DNA from: a bacterium
Lineage (GTDB): Bacteria > Patescibacteriota > Minisyncoccia > Phycocordibacterales > CALRBL01
Assembly: GCA_027487075.1 (NCBI GenBank)
Contig: JAIYEG010000010.1
Span: 47,270-111,269 of the forward strand
Direction: 5' to 3'
DNA length: 64,000 nucleotides
Positions 20,156 to 29,967 of this stretch are shown here, piece after piece. The notes beneath the pieces are model-generated. The model did no database searches, was not told where the DNA came from, and saw nothing but the letters and a program-made list of their open reading frames with translations. The position numbers and the translations under genes were made by a program. Numbering within the stretch: the stretch's first letter is position 1; every line of letters begins with the position of its first letter.

Positions 20156-20605
20156 CTATGATTTTAACAGGCTATATCCTGGATTAGCAATCCCAACGGT
20201 CTCAAGAATAAAGTTCACGATAATCCAAGCGCCATATGCCAATGCGAGGCCAATCACTACATTAGTAAAAATATACTTGGCATGCTTGACCGACTCTTCA
20301 TTCCCTGCAGAGGTAATCATCTTGAATCCTGCATAAATAAACGAGATGACAGCAAGCACCACTCCGACATATAGTAATAACGATACAATTTTGTTTATTT
20401 GTGCAATAAAATCATCGACTGTACACTTTCTTTCATTTTTAACCCCTGCTGGAGCATTTTTAATGAGCGGGTCACCTTTGCAATCAACAGCAATTTTATA
20501 TCCATCTCGAGCTTGTTCCGGTTCAGCCTGCGCCATAATTACCATAGGAACGGCGAACACCGTCACCATAGCAATACTCAAGAATGTGGTCCGTAGTACA
20601 TTCAT
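20156..20605 (-). CDS. VirB2/TrbC-like small pilin-like protein (paralog 5, longer N-terminus)
   Basis: Signal peptide plus TSAGNEESVKHAKYIFTNVVIGLALAYGAWIIVNFI. Confidence 0.55.
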   Translation of the reverse strand: MNVLRTTFLSIAMVTVFAVPMVIMAQAEPEQARDGYKIAVDCKGDPLIKNAPAGVKNERKCTVDDFIAQINKIVSLLLYVGVVLAVISFIYAGFKMITSAGNEESVKHAKYIFTNVVIGLALAYGAWIIVNFILETVGIANPGYSLLKS

Positions 20606-20606
20606 A

Positions 20607-21968
20607 CTATTGTTTCAAATTAAATTCATTAACAAGAAGCTGGAACTGACTATCTGCTTCCTGTAATGCCGAGCTAGCCACCGATTTTCCTGACAAAATT
20701 GACTCAATCATATCTCTAAAGATGTCATTAGTTTTTTCAGCATCGGGATCGAGATATCCACGTGCATATAAGGCACTACGATAAAGCACCGCTGAGTAAG
20801 CATCGCCAGGTGGTGTCGCAAGAAGATCACGACGCACTGGTGGAAGCCCTGTCTTCTTGGTATACGACTCAATAAATGGTCGCGAGGTGAGCGCTCTCAT
20901 CGTTGCGAGTGAGCCACTACGATTCTTTGAAGCGGATAAAATAATAAATGCTTTCATTCTTCCATAGGTCACCGGCGCGCCATTTGATGCCTGCTGTGGA
21001 AACAGCGTCATATCAAAATCAAGATTAGGGTTTTTTGCCTTAAGAAGTGGTGCTTCACTTCCAAAGCCGAGATATATTGCAAGATCATCGGAAGTAAACA
21101 TGTTTTGTGAGCTTGGAAGTGACCGATTCCATGTGTACACTTTTGAAAGTGGGTCTGCAAACTGTGTGTAGAAGCTAAGCACCTCGCTATTTGAATTCAG
21201 CGTTTCTTCCTGTGCAGACTTTTGATTCAACCTGCTCGAAAGCTTATATTTTTCTTCGGTCGCATCATAATCCAGTTTGGTAATTGGTGAACCACCTTGG
21301 AGCATGAGTGCTGCAAGAATGGATTTGGCATTGGTGATATTGCGATAATCTCCAAGAGAAATTGCAGACTTGAAGACTGAGAGGTTTACATCGACATCAC
21401 GAAGCTCAGGAACCAATGACAGCACTTGGCTCCATGTCGAAGGTGGAACTGGTTTGTCGCGTGCAGTAAAGATATCTCGATTCCAATACATCACCAATGG
21501 ATCTACAGAGAATGGCAATGCAATGTAGCCTTGCGCAGTAGTAAATAACTCACCAAGGGGGATAAACGTATCCTTAAATGTTCGCTCAGGGTATGCACTA
21601 AAAGGAATGGTGACGAGCTTATTTTGATATGAAAGCACGTCCTCCGCATCGAGAAGTACCACATCTGGCCCCTTACCAGAGGCAAGCGCCTCAAGAAGAT
21701 CTTGATTGAAGGTTGCAGGATCTTTTTGTTCGTAGCGTGCATTAATATTGACGACACTACTATCTGACTCAGAGAGCGCATTAACTTCATTAATAGTGTC
21801 AGTAAATGGCCTTTCGGGATCCGTCCCCCAAATCACCACCGTCGGCCCGTTGTTACGCGAAGGATCTGGCTTTGCACCACCAAATGAAAAGATAAAAACA
21901 CCCACAACAGTCAACGCGACACAAATGCCAACAAAGATAAGCTGAAATGACTTAGTGTCTCGCATCAT
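20607..21968 (-). CDS. Extracellular solute-binding protein (ABC-transporter SBP family 1-like), membrane-anchored
   Basis: 453 aa, N-terminal TM anchor, periplasmic-binding-protein-like length and composition. No matching permease in the window. Confidence 0.5.
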   Translation of the reverse strand: MMRDTKSFQLIFVGICVALTVVGVFIFSFGGAKPDPSRNNGPTVVIWGTDPERPFTDTINEVNALSESDSSVVNINARYEQKDPATFNQDLLEALASGKGPDVVLLDAEDVLSYQNKLVTIPFSAYPERTFKDTFIPLGELFTTAQGYIALPFSVDPLVMYWNRDIFTARDKPVPPSTWSQVLSLVPELRDVDVNLSVFKSAISLGDYRNITNAKSILAALMLQGGSPITKLDYDATEEKYKLSSRLNQKSAQEETLNSNSEVLSFYTQFADPLSKVYTWNRSLPSSQNMFTSDDLAIYLGFGSEAPLLKAKNPNLDFDMTLFPQQASNGAPVTYGRMKAFIILSASKNRSGSLATMRALTSRPFIESYTKKTGLPPVRRDLLATPPGDAYSAVLYRSALYARGYLDPDAEKTNDIFRDMIESILSGKSVASSALQEADSQFQLLVNEFNLKQ

Positions 21969-21990
21969 ATATATAGAAAGTATCTCATAC

Positions 21991-22407
21991 TCATATCTTT
22001 TTGAAAATAAGACCTATGTGCACATCACTGGGGTGAAAACTTTTTTCTTTGTGAAAACCAGCAAGACCAGCGATATGTGTAGCGTACGCATGTGAGTGAT
22101 CATCAATCTTTGCATCAATAAATACCAACTTTCCGTGAGGTTTGAGTGTGCTGTATGCTTTTGAAAACAGCGTGTAGAGGTTGGCGACACCTGCTACATT
22201 GATAGCGATTGCACGATCTACTTTTTCAGGAAGATGAATGCGATGTTCATCTTCCTCGTGTTGGAGTGAATGCACGATGCCGTATAGCCCTACATGTTTT
22301 TTGAGGTGAGGAGTAAAGTGACCGTTTCCCGCATGAAGCTCTACCACCGTCATTCCTGGTTGAATGTCGAAGTGAAGTGATGCACCATGCGGATCGAGCA
22401 ATTTCAT
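21991..22407 (-). CDS. Small class I SAM-dependent methyltransferase-like protein
   Basis: Motif I-like VVELHAGNGHFT and acidic post-I residues, 138 aa. Confidence 0.45.
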   Translation of the reverse strand: MKLLDPHGASLHFDIQPGMTVVELHAGNGHFTPHLKKHVGLYGIVHSLQHEEDEHRIHLPEKVDRAIAINVAGVANLYTLFSKAYSTLKPHGKLVFIDAKIDDHSHAYATHIAGLAGFHKEKSFHPSDVHIGLIFKKI

Positions 22408-22439
22408 TTGTAATGAATTATAGCATCGTTTGAGTGTTT

Positions 22440-22558
22440 GTAAAAAAACAGAAAACTCATCATTGAGTAAGATGTTGCGGAGCGCTCGGCGCGAGCATAG
22501 GAATTTTCTAGTAAGAAAATATCCGCGTCTTACGAAAGATGAGTTTTCTGTTTTTTAC
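22440..22558. repeat. Nested palindromic intergenic element, copy 3 (inverted core orientation)
   Basis: Perfect outer IR gtaaaaaaacagaaaactcatc / gatgagttttctgttttttac around the core ...GCGAGCATAGGAATTTTCTAGTAAGAAAATATCCGCGTC. Abuts the gyrA stop. Confidence 0.8.
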
Positions 22559-25032
22559 AAACAAATCAACGATGCAATAGAATCCCCTTCACGTAGCTTC
22601 ATGATGCGCACACCTTGTGTATCACGTCCAAGCGCAGGGATTTCTTTAAGATCACAACGGATCACCTGAGCTTTCTTTGAGATCGCCACCGCTTCTTCAA
22701 ATTCTTCGGTGATAATCTTCGCGGAGATGAGATCGCCCGTCTTTGGTGTCACCTTCACGGTCTTGATGCCTGATCCGCCGCGGCCTTGGATCTTGTATTC
22801 ATTGAGAGAAGTCTTCTTTCCGTACCCATTCGATGACATCACGAGCACATAGCCGTCTTTTGCCGCTGCTTTCTTTGCAGTGTCAGCACCAACCACCGTC
22901 ACCCCCTTATCAAGCTTCATAACACGCACTCCTCCTGCAGCGCGGCCCATCTCGCGGACTTCATCTTCAGAGAAACGAATTGACTGGCCATCAGACGCTA
23001 CCACCATCACACTGTCACCCTTTTCTACAAATGACGCAGACACAAGCTCATCGTTTGGTTCGAGACGAATTGCAATGATGCCACTACGACGCACATCATG
23101 GAAACTTTCTGCAGATACACGCTTTCCGGTACCAAACTTGGTGACAAGCATGAGTGAAAGCTCACTTCCCTTTTTCACTTCACTTGGCATAGGAAGAATA
23201 GAGGTCACACGCTCATTTTGTGCGATTGAGAGGAAGTTCATGATCGACTTTCCGCGAGTCGCTCGTTTTCCTTCAGGAATTTCATAGGTCTTGATCTGAT
23301 ATGCCTTACCCTTGTCGGTGAAGAACAGAAGATCTGCATGAGTATTAGTGGTGATGAAGTGGGTGATAAAATCCTCCTCTTTAGTATTGATATCCACCAC
23401 CCCCACTCCTCCGCGCTTCTGCTTTCGGTATTCATCGGGATCGGTGCGTTTGATGTAGCCACCTGAAGTGAGCACGATCACGGTCTCTGCATCAGGAATG
23501 ACATCTTCGATAGAGAAGTTCTTGGCGTCGTGCTTCACAATCTTAGTACGTCGCTCGTCACCATATTTTTCTTTGATTTCAGCAAGCTCCGTCTTGATGA
23601 TACCAATCACTTTCTTTGCAGATGCGAGAATTGCTTTGAGTTCACCGATGAGCTTCTGCACTGCAGCAAGCTCGTCTTCCACCTTCTTTCGCTCGAGGTT
23701 TGCAAGGCGCTGGAGTCGCATTTCAAGAATCGCTACTGCCTGGCGGTCGGTGAACTTAAACTTCTTCATCAAGTTTGCTTTTGCTTCATCGACATCTTTC
23801 GAAGCACGAATAATCTTAATCACTTCATCGATGTGATCGAGTGCAATCTTAAGACCAAGGAGAATATGTTCACGCTCCTCTGCTTTACGAAGATCAAACT
23901 CCGTACGTCGGCGGATCACCACTTTGCGATGAGCAACAAACTCTTCAAGAAATGCCTTGAGTGAAAGTGTCTGAGGCACACCATCGACGAGTGCCACAGC
24001 GTTGACGTGGAAAGATTCCTGAAGGCGGGTGTGTTTATACAAATAGTTAAGAATCTGTTCTGGGTATGCACCACTCTTAAGCTCTACCACGACGCGCACG
24101 TCATCCGTAGATTCGTCGCGAAGGTCTTTAATGCCTTCGATTTTCTTGTCTCGGTGAAGATCGGCGATAGAGGTGATGAGGTCTGCTTTGTTTACGCGAT
24201 ACGGAATAGACGTGATGATGATCGATGCTTTGCCGGCTTTGTCTTCGACAATCTCGGCTTCACCTCGTACCACAATACCTCCCTTTCCTGTTGCATAGGC
24301 ATGAGCAATGTCTTTTGCACCATAGGCAATACCTCCGGTTGGGAAATCGGGCCCTTTGATGAACTGAAGGAGGTCTTCGGTGGTTGCTTCTGGGTTTTCG
24401 AGAAGGTGTGTGGTTGCATCTACCACTTCACCAAGATTATGAGGAGCAATAGATGATGCCATACCCACGGCGATACCGAGGGTTCCGTTTAAAAGAAGAT
24501 TAGGAACAGCGGTAGGAAGCACGCTCGGCTCTTTTTTGGTACCGTCGTAGTTTGGACGGAAGTCGACAGTCTCTTTGTCGATATCACGAAGAAGCTCATC
24601 GGCAAGACGAGACATTTTTGCTTCGGTATAACGCTGAGCAGCAGCCCCGTCACCGTCAATCGAACCGAAGTTTCCCTGTCCGAGCGCGAGCGGATAGCGC
24701 ATCGAGAAAGGCTGCACCATACCTACGAGCGTCTGGTACACTGCGGCATCACCGTGTGGGTGATAATTACCGAGCACTTCTCCGACCACAGCAGCTGACT
24801 TACGATTCTTGGCACCAGCGGTAAGACCGAGCTCTTTCATCGCAAACAAAATACGACGGTGCACCGGCTTGAGTCCATCACGCACATCAGGAAGCGCACG
24901 ATCAGTGATCACTGACATCGCATAGTCGATGAATGACTCGCGCATTTCAGCGACGATTCCACGAGGGATTACCGACAGACGTTCAGCAGAAATAGGAGTC
25001 TCTTCGTTTTTCGGGGTTTCTTTTTTTGCCAT
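22555..25032 (-). CDS. gyrA: DNA gyrase subunit A
   Basis: 825 aa. Active-site region (AAMRYTE-like YTEAKMS), QRDR-like segment and C-terminal beta-pinwheel repeats. Confidence 0.95.
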   Translation of the reverse strand: MAKKETPKNEETPISAERLSVIPRGIVAEMRESFIDYAMSVITDRALPDVRDGLKPVHRRILFAMKELGLTAGAKNRKSAAVVGEVLGNYHPHGDAAVYQTLVGMVQPFSMRYPLALGQGNFGSIDGDGAAAQRYTEAKMSRLADELLRDIDKETVDFRPNYDGTKKEPSVLPTAVPNLLLNGTLGIAVGMASSIAPHNLGEVVDATTHLLENPEATTEDLLQFIKGPDFPTGGIAYGAKDIAHAYATGKGGIVVRGEAEIVEDKAGKASIIITSIPYRVNKADLITSIADLHRDKKIEGIKDLRDESTDDVRVVVELKSGAYPEQILNYLYKHTRLQESFHVNAVALVDGVPQTLSLKAFLEEFVAHRKVVIRRRTEFDLRKAEEREHILLGLKIALDHIDEVIKIIRASKDVDEAKANLMKKFKFTDRQAVAILEMRLQRLANLERKKVEDELAAVQKLIGELKAILASAKKVIGIIKTELAEIKEKYGDERRTKIVKHDAKNFSIEDVIPDAETVIVLTSGGYIKRTDPDEYRKQKRGGVGVVDINTKEEDFITHFITTNTHADLLFFTDKGKAYQIKTYEIPEGKRATRGKSIMNFLSIAQNERVTSILPMPSEVKKGSELSLMLVTKFGTGKRVSAESFHDVRRSGIIAIRLEPNDELVSASFVEKGDSVMVVASDGQSIRFSEDEVREMGRAAGGVRVMKLDKGVTVVGADTAKKAAAKDGYVLVMSSNGYGKKTSLNEYKIQGRGGSGIKTVKVTPKTGDLISAKIITEEFEEAVAISKKAQVIRCDLKEIPALGRDTQGVRIMKLREGDSIASLICL

Positions 25033-25037
25033 AAGGA

Positions 25038-25349
25038 TTAATTACTGGTGGTCGGAATATACTCAAGCTCTGCTTCTTGTTGCGGAGGATCCTGATCCTT
25101 CACAAACTGTACACGAGTACCGGTGAGTGATTCATATGCTCCGGCGATATTGCGACGAATCACATTGAGTGGACTGTTTTCTGAATTTTTGCGTGCAATC
25201 TCGGCAGTTGAACCCGTAGGATTAAAATACGAGAACGAGGTCGCCCACACGAGTGCGATAATAGCAGTAATACTTGCACTCACCACAAATGCAAAGCGCT
25301 TCTTGTGTTTATCTTCTTTTGAACGAAGGTGATGTAGATAGCGTCTCAT
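25038..25349 (-). CDS. Small membrane protein, co-oriented immediately upstream of gyrA
   Basis: 103 aa with one TM. Confidence 0.35.
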   Translation of the reverse strand: MRRYLHHLRSKEDKHKKRFAFVVSASITAIIALVWATSFSYFNPTGSTAEIARKNSENSPLNVIRRNIAGAYESLTGTRVQFVKDQDPPQQEAELEYIPTTSN

Positions 25350-25366
25350 GCTTTAAGTATACCAAA

Positions 25367-25990
25367 TTATGATTGCTTTACCACTATGATCTCGCCCTCT
25401 TTTGCCTCAATATCCTTTCGCTTGATAGTGAGCTTTTCTACCATATCAGCAGCCTGCTGACTTCCCTCTTTGAGGAAGGTTTCAAGCGCTTTTTTGTCGT
25501 AGTGCATAGGGATAATGATTTTTGGCTCAAGGGACACCGCAAGCTGATAGGCAGAAGCAGGATCAAGCACACCCTCACCACCAATTGGCACAAAGAGTAC
25601 ATCTACTTCACCAATCGCCTCTTTAGTATCTGCAAGCAAAGTTTTTGAGCTTTGCGCACCAAGGAAACACACGCGCATATTGTCGAGCCCAATGGTATAT
25701 ATAGTATTGATACGAGATTCACCATCATACTCAGAAGCACCCTGCACTCCGCGAATAAAGATTCCTTTGATCTCATATTCTCCGGGACCCTTTATTACAA
25801 ATGGCTTTTTGTCACCGAAGAAAAAATCTTCACCTCCATTCATATCTTCATGAAGAAGTGATGAGAGGGTGATGTCTGCACCAAACTTAGAGACTTTATG
25901 AGAAGAATCTTTTGACGGTGGGTTAAGAGCGATAGTAAGGTCGCCTACTTGTAATTTGAAGGTTTCAAGTCCTGAATACGTGATAATCAT
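25367..25990 (-). CDS. MBL-fold metallo-hydrolase
   Basis: 207 aa with beta-lactamase-fold His/Asp-containing segments. Confidence 0.6.
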   Translation of the reverse strand: MIITYSGLETFKLQVGDLTIALNPPSKDSSHKVSKFGADITLSSLLHEDMNGGEDFFFGDKKPFVIKGPGEYEIKGIFIRGVQGASEYDGESRINTIYTIGLDNMRVCFLGAQSSKTLLADTKEAIGEVDVLFVPIGGEGVLDPASAYQLAVSLEPKIIIPMHYDKKALETFLKEGSQQAADMVEKLTIKRKDIEAKEGEIIVVKQS

Positions 25991-26057
25991 GCCGAAACTT
26001 TATCACACCCTCACCAAATCTTCCAATAAACAGGTAGGCTTATGATATAATTAAAAC

Positions 26058-26318
26058 ATGACAGATCTAAGTTTTGATGAAGGAACACACCCAAATTTTA
26101 CCACATCTTCGACCACCCCTCCTTCTTCGTCGCTTGTTAATTTTCTCATTAAAAAAGACCTTGTACGTGATGAAGGTCAAGCAATGATACTACTCATTAT
26201 TTCAAGTATCATCATTATTGGGATCTCAATTACACTTTTTATATATTCCATTCGTTCAAATCGTATTCCAGAGGAGGTGCCAAGCAATTCTGGCATTGTA
26301 AACCCGGCTATTATCTAG
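26058..26318 (+). CDS. Small membrane protein
   Basis: 86 aa, one TM, Ser/Thr/Pro-rich N-terminus. Confidence 0.3.
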   Translation: MTDLSFDEGTHPNFTTSSTTPPSSSLVNFLIKKDLVRDEGQAMILLIISSIIIIGISITLFIYSIRSNRIPEEVPSNSGIVNPAII

Positions 26319-26463
26319 CAGCAAATCCTTTACAAAACCTCTTTTTTAGGCTATTTTTCATAGGCCATTTCGGTGGCTTTATTAATTCAGCAGCCTTTCG
26401 GTAACCCCGCCTGTTCCATCAGTTACGTCCATACAAGCGGATCCGGGAGCTCATATAGTTTAT

Positions 26464-27585
26464 ATGACCACATTAACGACAGAAGAAGAGCAGATTGCAG
26501 CGGATGTTGCATCTGAAAACAAGAAGAACAGCGTGATGAACAAATACCTCACCGATAGCGTTACTCCTCCAGGAGAAGGCGACATCGTTGAAGGTCCTGT
26601 CATCGAAGTCATCAAAGACAAGGTATACATCGACCTTGCACCCTACGGAACTGGTATCATCTACGGCCGCGAATTCATCAACGCCCGCGACATCATCCGA
26701 AAGGTAAACATCGGCGACAATATCGCCGCAAAGGTGGTATCAGTCGAAAATCCAGACGGCTACATCGAACTTTCTCTCAAGGAAGCGAAGCAGGCCATCA
26801 TCTGGAGCGACGCAGAACGCGCAATCCAGGACAAGACCACCTTCGAAATTCCTGTGGTTGAAGCAAACAAGGGAGGTCTCATTCTTTCATGGCAAGGCAT
26901 TCAGGGATTCCTCCCTGCTTCACAGCTGAAGCCCGAGCACTACCCTCGCGTCAACGACGGTGACAAGGATCGTATCCTCGAAGAGCTTCGAAAGCTCGTA
27001 GGAACAAAGATCTCAGTCATGATTATTTCTGCTCTTCCTAAAGAAGGAAAACTTATCTTCACCGAAAAAGATCCTGAAGCAAAGGAAAAGAAGGAAATTG
27101 TTGGTAAGTACAATGTAGGCGACACCCTCGAAGGAACCGTCACTGGTATCGTAGACTTCGGAGTCTTCGTAAAAGTTGAAGATGGCCTTGAAGGCCTCGT
27201 CCACATCTCTGAGATCGACTGGGCACTCGTTGAGGACCCCCGCGCATTGTTCAAGGTGGGAGACAAGGTCAAGGTAAAGGTTATCGAAATCAAAGAAAAC
27301 AAGATCTCACTTTCGATCAAAGCACTCAAGGAAAATCCTTGGAAAGGTGCCGAGAAGAAATACAAGAAGGATGACGTGGTGCAGGGTGTAATCATCAAGT
27401 TCAACCGACATGGAGCACTCGCTTCTATCGAGGAAGGAATTGCTGGACTCGTACACGTATCTGAATTCGGTGGTGAAGAAAAACTCCGCGCAAAGCTCGA
27501 GCTTGGTAAGAACTATACGTTCAAGATTACGTTGTTTGAACCGAAGGATCACAAGATGACACTTTCGTTTGTTGAAGGTAAGTAA
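26464..27585 (+). CDS. rpsA: 30S ribosomal protein S1 (short, four S1 domains)
   Basis: Repeated S1 OB-fold units (GxV.G.V..i..fGvFV.l..g.eGLvHiSE). Confidence 0.85.
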   Translation: MTTLTTEEEQIAADVASENKKNSVMNKYLTDSVTPPGEGDIVEGPVIEVIKDKVYIDLAPYGTGIIYGREFINARDIIRKVNIGDNIAAKVVSVENPDGYIELSLKEAKQAIIWSDAERAIQDKTTFEIPVVEANKGGLILSWQGIQGFLPASQLKPEHYPRVNDGDKDRILEELRKLVGTKISVMIISALPKEGKLIFTEKDPEAKEKKEIVGKYNVGDTLEGTVTGIVDFGVFVKVEDGLEGLVHISEIDWALVEDPRALFKVGDKVKVKVIEIKENKISLSIKALKENPWKGAEKKYKKDDVVQGVIIKFNRHGALASIEEGIAGLVHVSEFGGEEKLRAKLELGKNYTFKITLFEPKDHKMTLSFVEGK

Positions 27586-27595
27586 TCAGACTAAA

Positions 27596-27657
27596 CAAAA
27601 CACCATAAAAAAAGCGAGCGGGGAGGATACTCAATGCTCGCTTTTTTTATGGTGTTT
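27596..27657. terminator. Long perfect-IR bidirectional terminator (an 'empty' counterpart of the nested palindromic elements)
   Basis: aaacaccataaaaaaagcgagc / gctcgctttttttatggtgttt (22-bp perfect IR) around a 16-nt loop, between convergent rpsA and a minus-strand gene. Confidence 0.6.
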
Positions 27658-27661
27658 TGTT

Positions 27662-27958
27662 TTATTTAACTATGAAAACATAAAGGGAAATTAATAGCGA
27701 CACTATGACCAAAAGTGCGAGTAGGTACGATTGGTAACTGCTCCTTTGGGAAAAAGCAATTTTATTTGCCTCGTTATACTCTTTGGAATATTTTTGACTA
27801 ACTCTAGGCATCATGAATCCACCTACACCAATGAGAATCAGAATGAGCAACCAAAACAATATCGAATATTTACCTTGAGCCAAAAATAAATAGCCATAAA
27901 CAGCGAGTGTGACAAGAACAATGTAAATTAAAATACTGTATACAATTCCTTTTTTCAC
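27662..27958 (-). CDS. Small membrane protein
   Basis: 98 aa, three TM helices. Confidence 0.35.
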   Translation of the reverse strand: MKKGIVYSILIYIVLVTLAVYGYLFLAQGKYSILFWLLILILIGVGGFMMPRVSQKYSKEYNEANKIAFSQRSSYQSYLLALLVIVSLLISLYVFIVK

Positions 27959-27967
27959 TTTTCTTTA

Positions 27968-28573
27968 TTATTTACAACTATAAGTAGAGGCATCAATTCG
28001 CAAGTTTTCAATTTTACTGCCAGTCTCATAAGAGTTAGCGGTACCCGATACGCAATACGAAGTGACACCACGATTAACAATGGCTGGATTTGGTATAATC
28101 TCAATTGCATATGAATCTTTTGAGGCAACACATTTGATTTTTGCTTCTGCTTGGGTTGCTGCATCTTGAACGCTAAGTAGGTTCTTTATAGAAGTGGGAT
28201 TAACAATTTCCGCATTAATTTCTCCATTTTTACAAAGACTTTTATATCCGCCTTCTCTATCAAAACCACGCTCATCAGTCCTTGCAAGATCGGCTTCAGC
28301 TCTAAAAGAATTCATAACTGAATTTATGACTGCATTTGCTGCAATTTTTTGTGTCTGAGTTTTTGGTGGAACCGTGACAGGTTTGCTTACTATTTCTTCA
28401 GATTTAGCATCTATACTTACCTTACTATCATCAATAGCTGTTGAAGAATTTGTCGTATCTACTCTAACATCTCCGTTATTTTGAGTATAAAGGTAAATTC
28501 CTCCCCCAATAATTCCCAATGCAATAATTATCAAAGCGAGAATACCGATAAAACCCCTTTGTATATTTTTCAT
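27968..28573 (-). CDS. Secreted/anchored hypothetical protein
   Basis: 201 aa with N-terminal signal anchor. Confidence 0.4.
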   Translation of the reverse strand: MKNIQRGFIGILALIIIALGIIGGGIYLYTQNNGDVRVDTTNSSTAIDDSKVSIDAKSEEIVSKPVTVPPKTQTQKIAANAVINSVMNSFRAEADLARTDERGFDREGGYKSLCKNGEINAEIVNPTSIKNLLSVQDAATQAEAKIKCVASKDSYAIEIIPNPAIVNRGVTSYCVSGTANSYETGSKIENLRIDASTYSCK

Positions 28574-28689
28574 GTGGATTTAATCTTATCAGAATTTACT
28601 TATTTTATATAGCTAGTTTCCAACTTCTCGACACAACTCGTACTTGCTCATATTGGCAGTTGAAACAAGAATCAAACAACAGCATCCTT

Positions 28690-29283
28690 CTAACTATTAA
28701 ACTCCGTCATCGCATCACCTCTTCCCTTTTCGAACAACACAGGAAGTATCTCTACAATTTTCTTCGCATGTTTCTTCAAGATATCTTGCTCAGGCTTTTT
28801 GAATTCACCGAGGATATGTTTTTCGACAGCAGCTTCGCCAGATGGTTTTTTGGTTTTTCCCGTTGGAGTGGTTGGCGCAATGCCGATACGGATACGTATG
28901 TATGCGTCGGTCTTGATCGCTTTGCTTATTGACTCAAGTCCCTTGTGTCCACCGCTGCCGCGATTGAACGACATCTTCATGGTTCCTATCGGGAGATCGA
29001 GATCATCGTAGATAACGACGAGCTTCTCTGCTTTCTTTTCAGAAGTCACGAGTGGAGCAACTGCTTTTCCTGAACGATTCATGAATGTTTCAGGTGCTAT
29101 GAGTGTTACTTTCTCATTCACAATATCGCCTTTTGAAATAAGCGCGGTGAGCATCTTATCTGACTTCCAATCAGGGAATTCGAATGCGGTTTTTATGCGC
29201 TCAAGAATGATTCTTCCGGCATTATGGCGCGTTTCTTTGTATTCTTCTCCAGGGTTTCCGAGACCAACAATGATATATGGCAT
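28690..29283 (-). CDS. pth: Peptidyl-tRNA hydrolase
   Basis: IVGLGNPG...RHNAG N-terminal signature. Confidence 0.85.
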   Translation of the reverse strand: MPYIIVGLGNPGEEYKETRHNAGRIILERIKTAFEFPDWKSDKMLTALISKGDIVNEKVTLIAPETFMNRSGKAVAPLVTSEKKAEKLVVIYDDLDLPIGTMKMSFNRGSGGHKGLESISKAIKTDAYIRIRIGIAPTTPTGKTKKPSGEAAVEKHILGEFKKPEQDILKKHAKKIVEILPVLFEKGRGDAMTEFNS

Positions 29284-29343
29284 GACGAAAGTATACACAA
29301 ACTTGCATCGTATAGCACCTCCATACTACAATGTGCGCACCAT

Positions 29344-29967
29344 ATGCACATCGATATCGATCCTACTGATATTCCGCTTCAGCCTCTTCCCAAAAAAGGC
29401 ACTTCATTTCTCAAAGAGCTCATTCAGTTTGCACTCATCGTCATCTTCGTTGTACTTCCCATTCGTTTTTTTGTTGCACAACCTTTTGTCGTGGTAGGTA
29501 GCTCGATGGAACCAACCTTTCTCAATAAAGATTATCTTATCGTTGATGAGCTCACCTATCGCATCAAGGACCCAGAGCGTGGTGATGTTGTCGTTTTCGA
29601 ATACCAACACCCTACTGAAGGAGAAGCACAAAAGTACTTCATCAAGCGTATCATTGGTCTCCCGGGAGAAACCATTGATATTCGCGATGGCAACGTAAAA
29701 GTGATAAACAACAAAAACCCTGAAGGTTTTGTACTCAATGAGACGTACATTGCACGCCCACCGGTAAACACGCAGACCACCACCCTCCAACCAGGTCAGT
29801 ACTTTGTGATGGGAGATAACCGCGCAGTGAGCTTCGACTCACGTTCATGGGGACCTCTTGATGAACAGGCAATCGTTGGTCGCGCACTTATTCGTGTCCT
29901 TCCTTTCAACAAAGCAGCATTCCTTCCTGGTAGCAACGCAGGACATTACGACAATGAAACCAAGTAA
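29344..29967 (+). CDS. lepB: Signal peptidase I
   Basis: TM anchor, catalytic Ser box (VVGSSMEPTF), GDVVVF and GDNRAVSFDSR boxes. Confidence 0.85.
   Translation: MHIDIDPTDIPLQPLPKKGTSFLKELIQFALIVIFVVLPIRFFVAQPFVVVGSSMEPTFLNKDYLIVDELTYRIKDPERGDVVVFEYQHPTEGEAQKYFIKRIIGLPGETIDIRDGNVKVINNKNPEGFVLNETYIARPPVNTQTTTLQPGQYFVMGDNRAVSFDSRSWGPLDEQAIVGRALIRVLPFNKAAFLPGSNAGHYDNETK

Noticed and set aside
22430-22669. ORFs 22430-22669(+), 31444-31746(+), 31527-31649(+) and 47593-47796(-) containing ...RNFLVRKYPR... / ...EEFFSKKISVL...
   Set aside because: These are translations of the conserved repeat core in different loci. They lie in intergenic palindromes and have no coding context or consistent frame, so they were not called as CDS.
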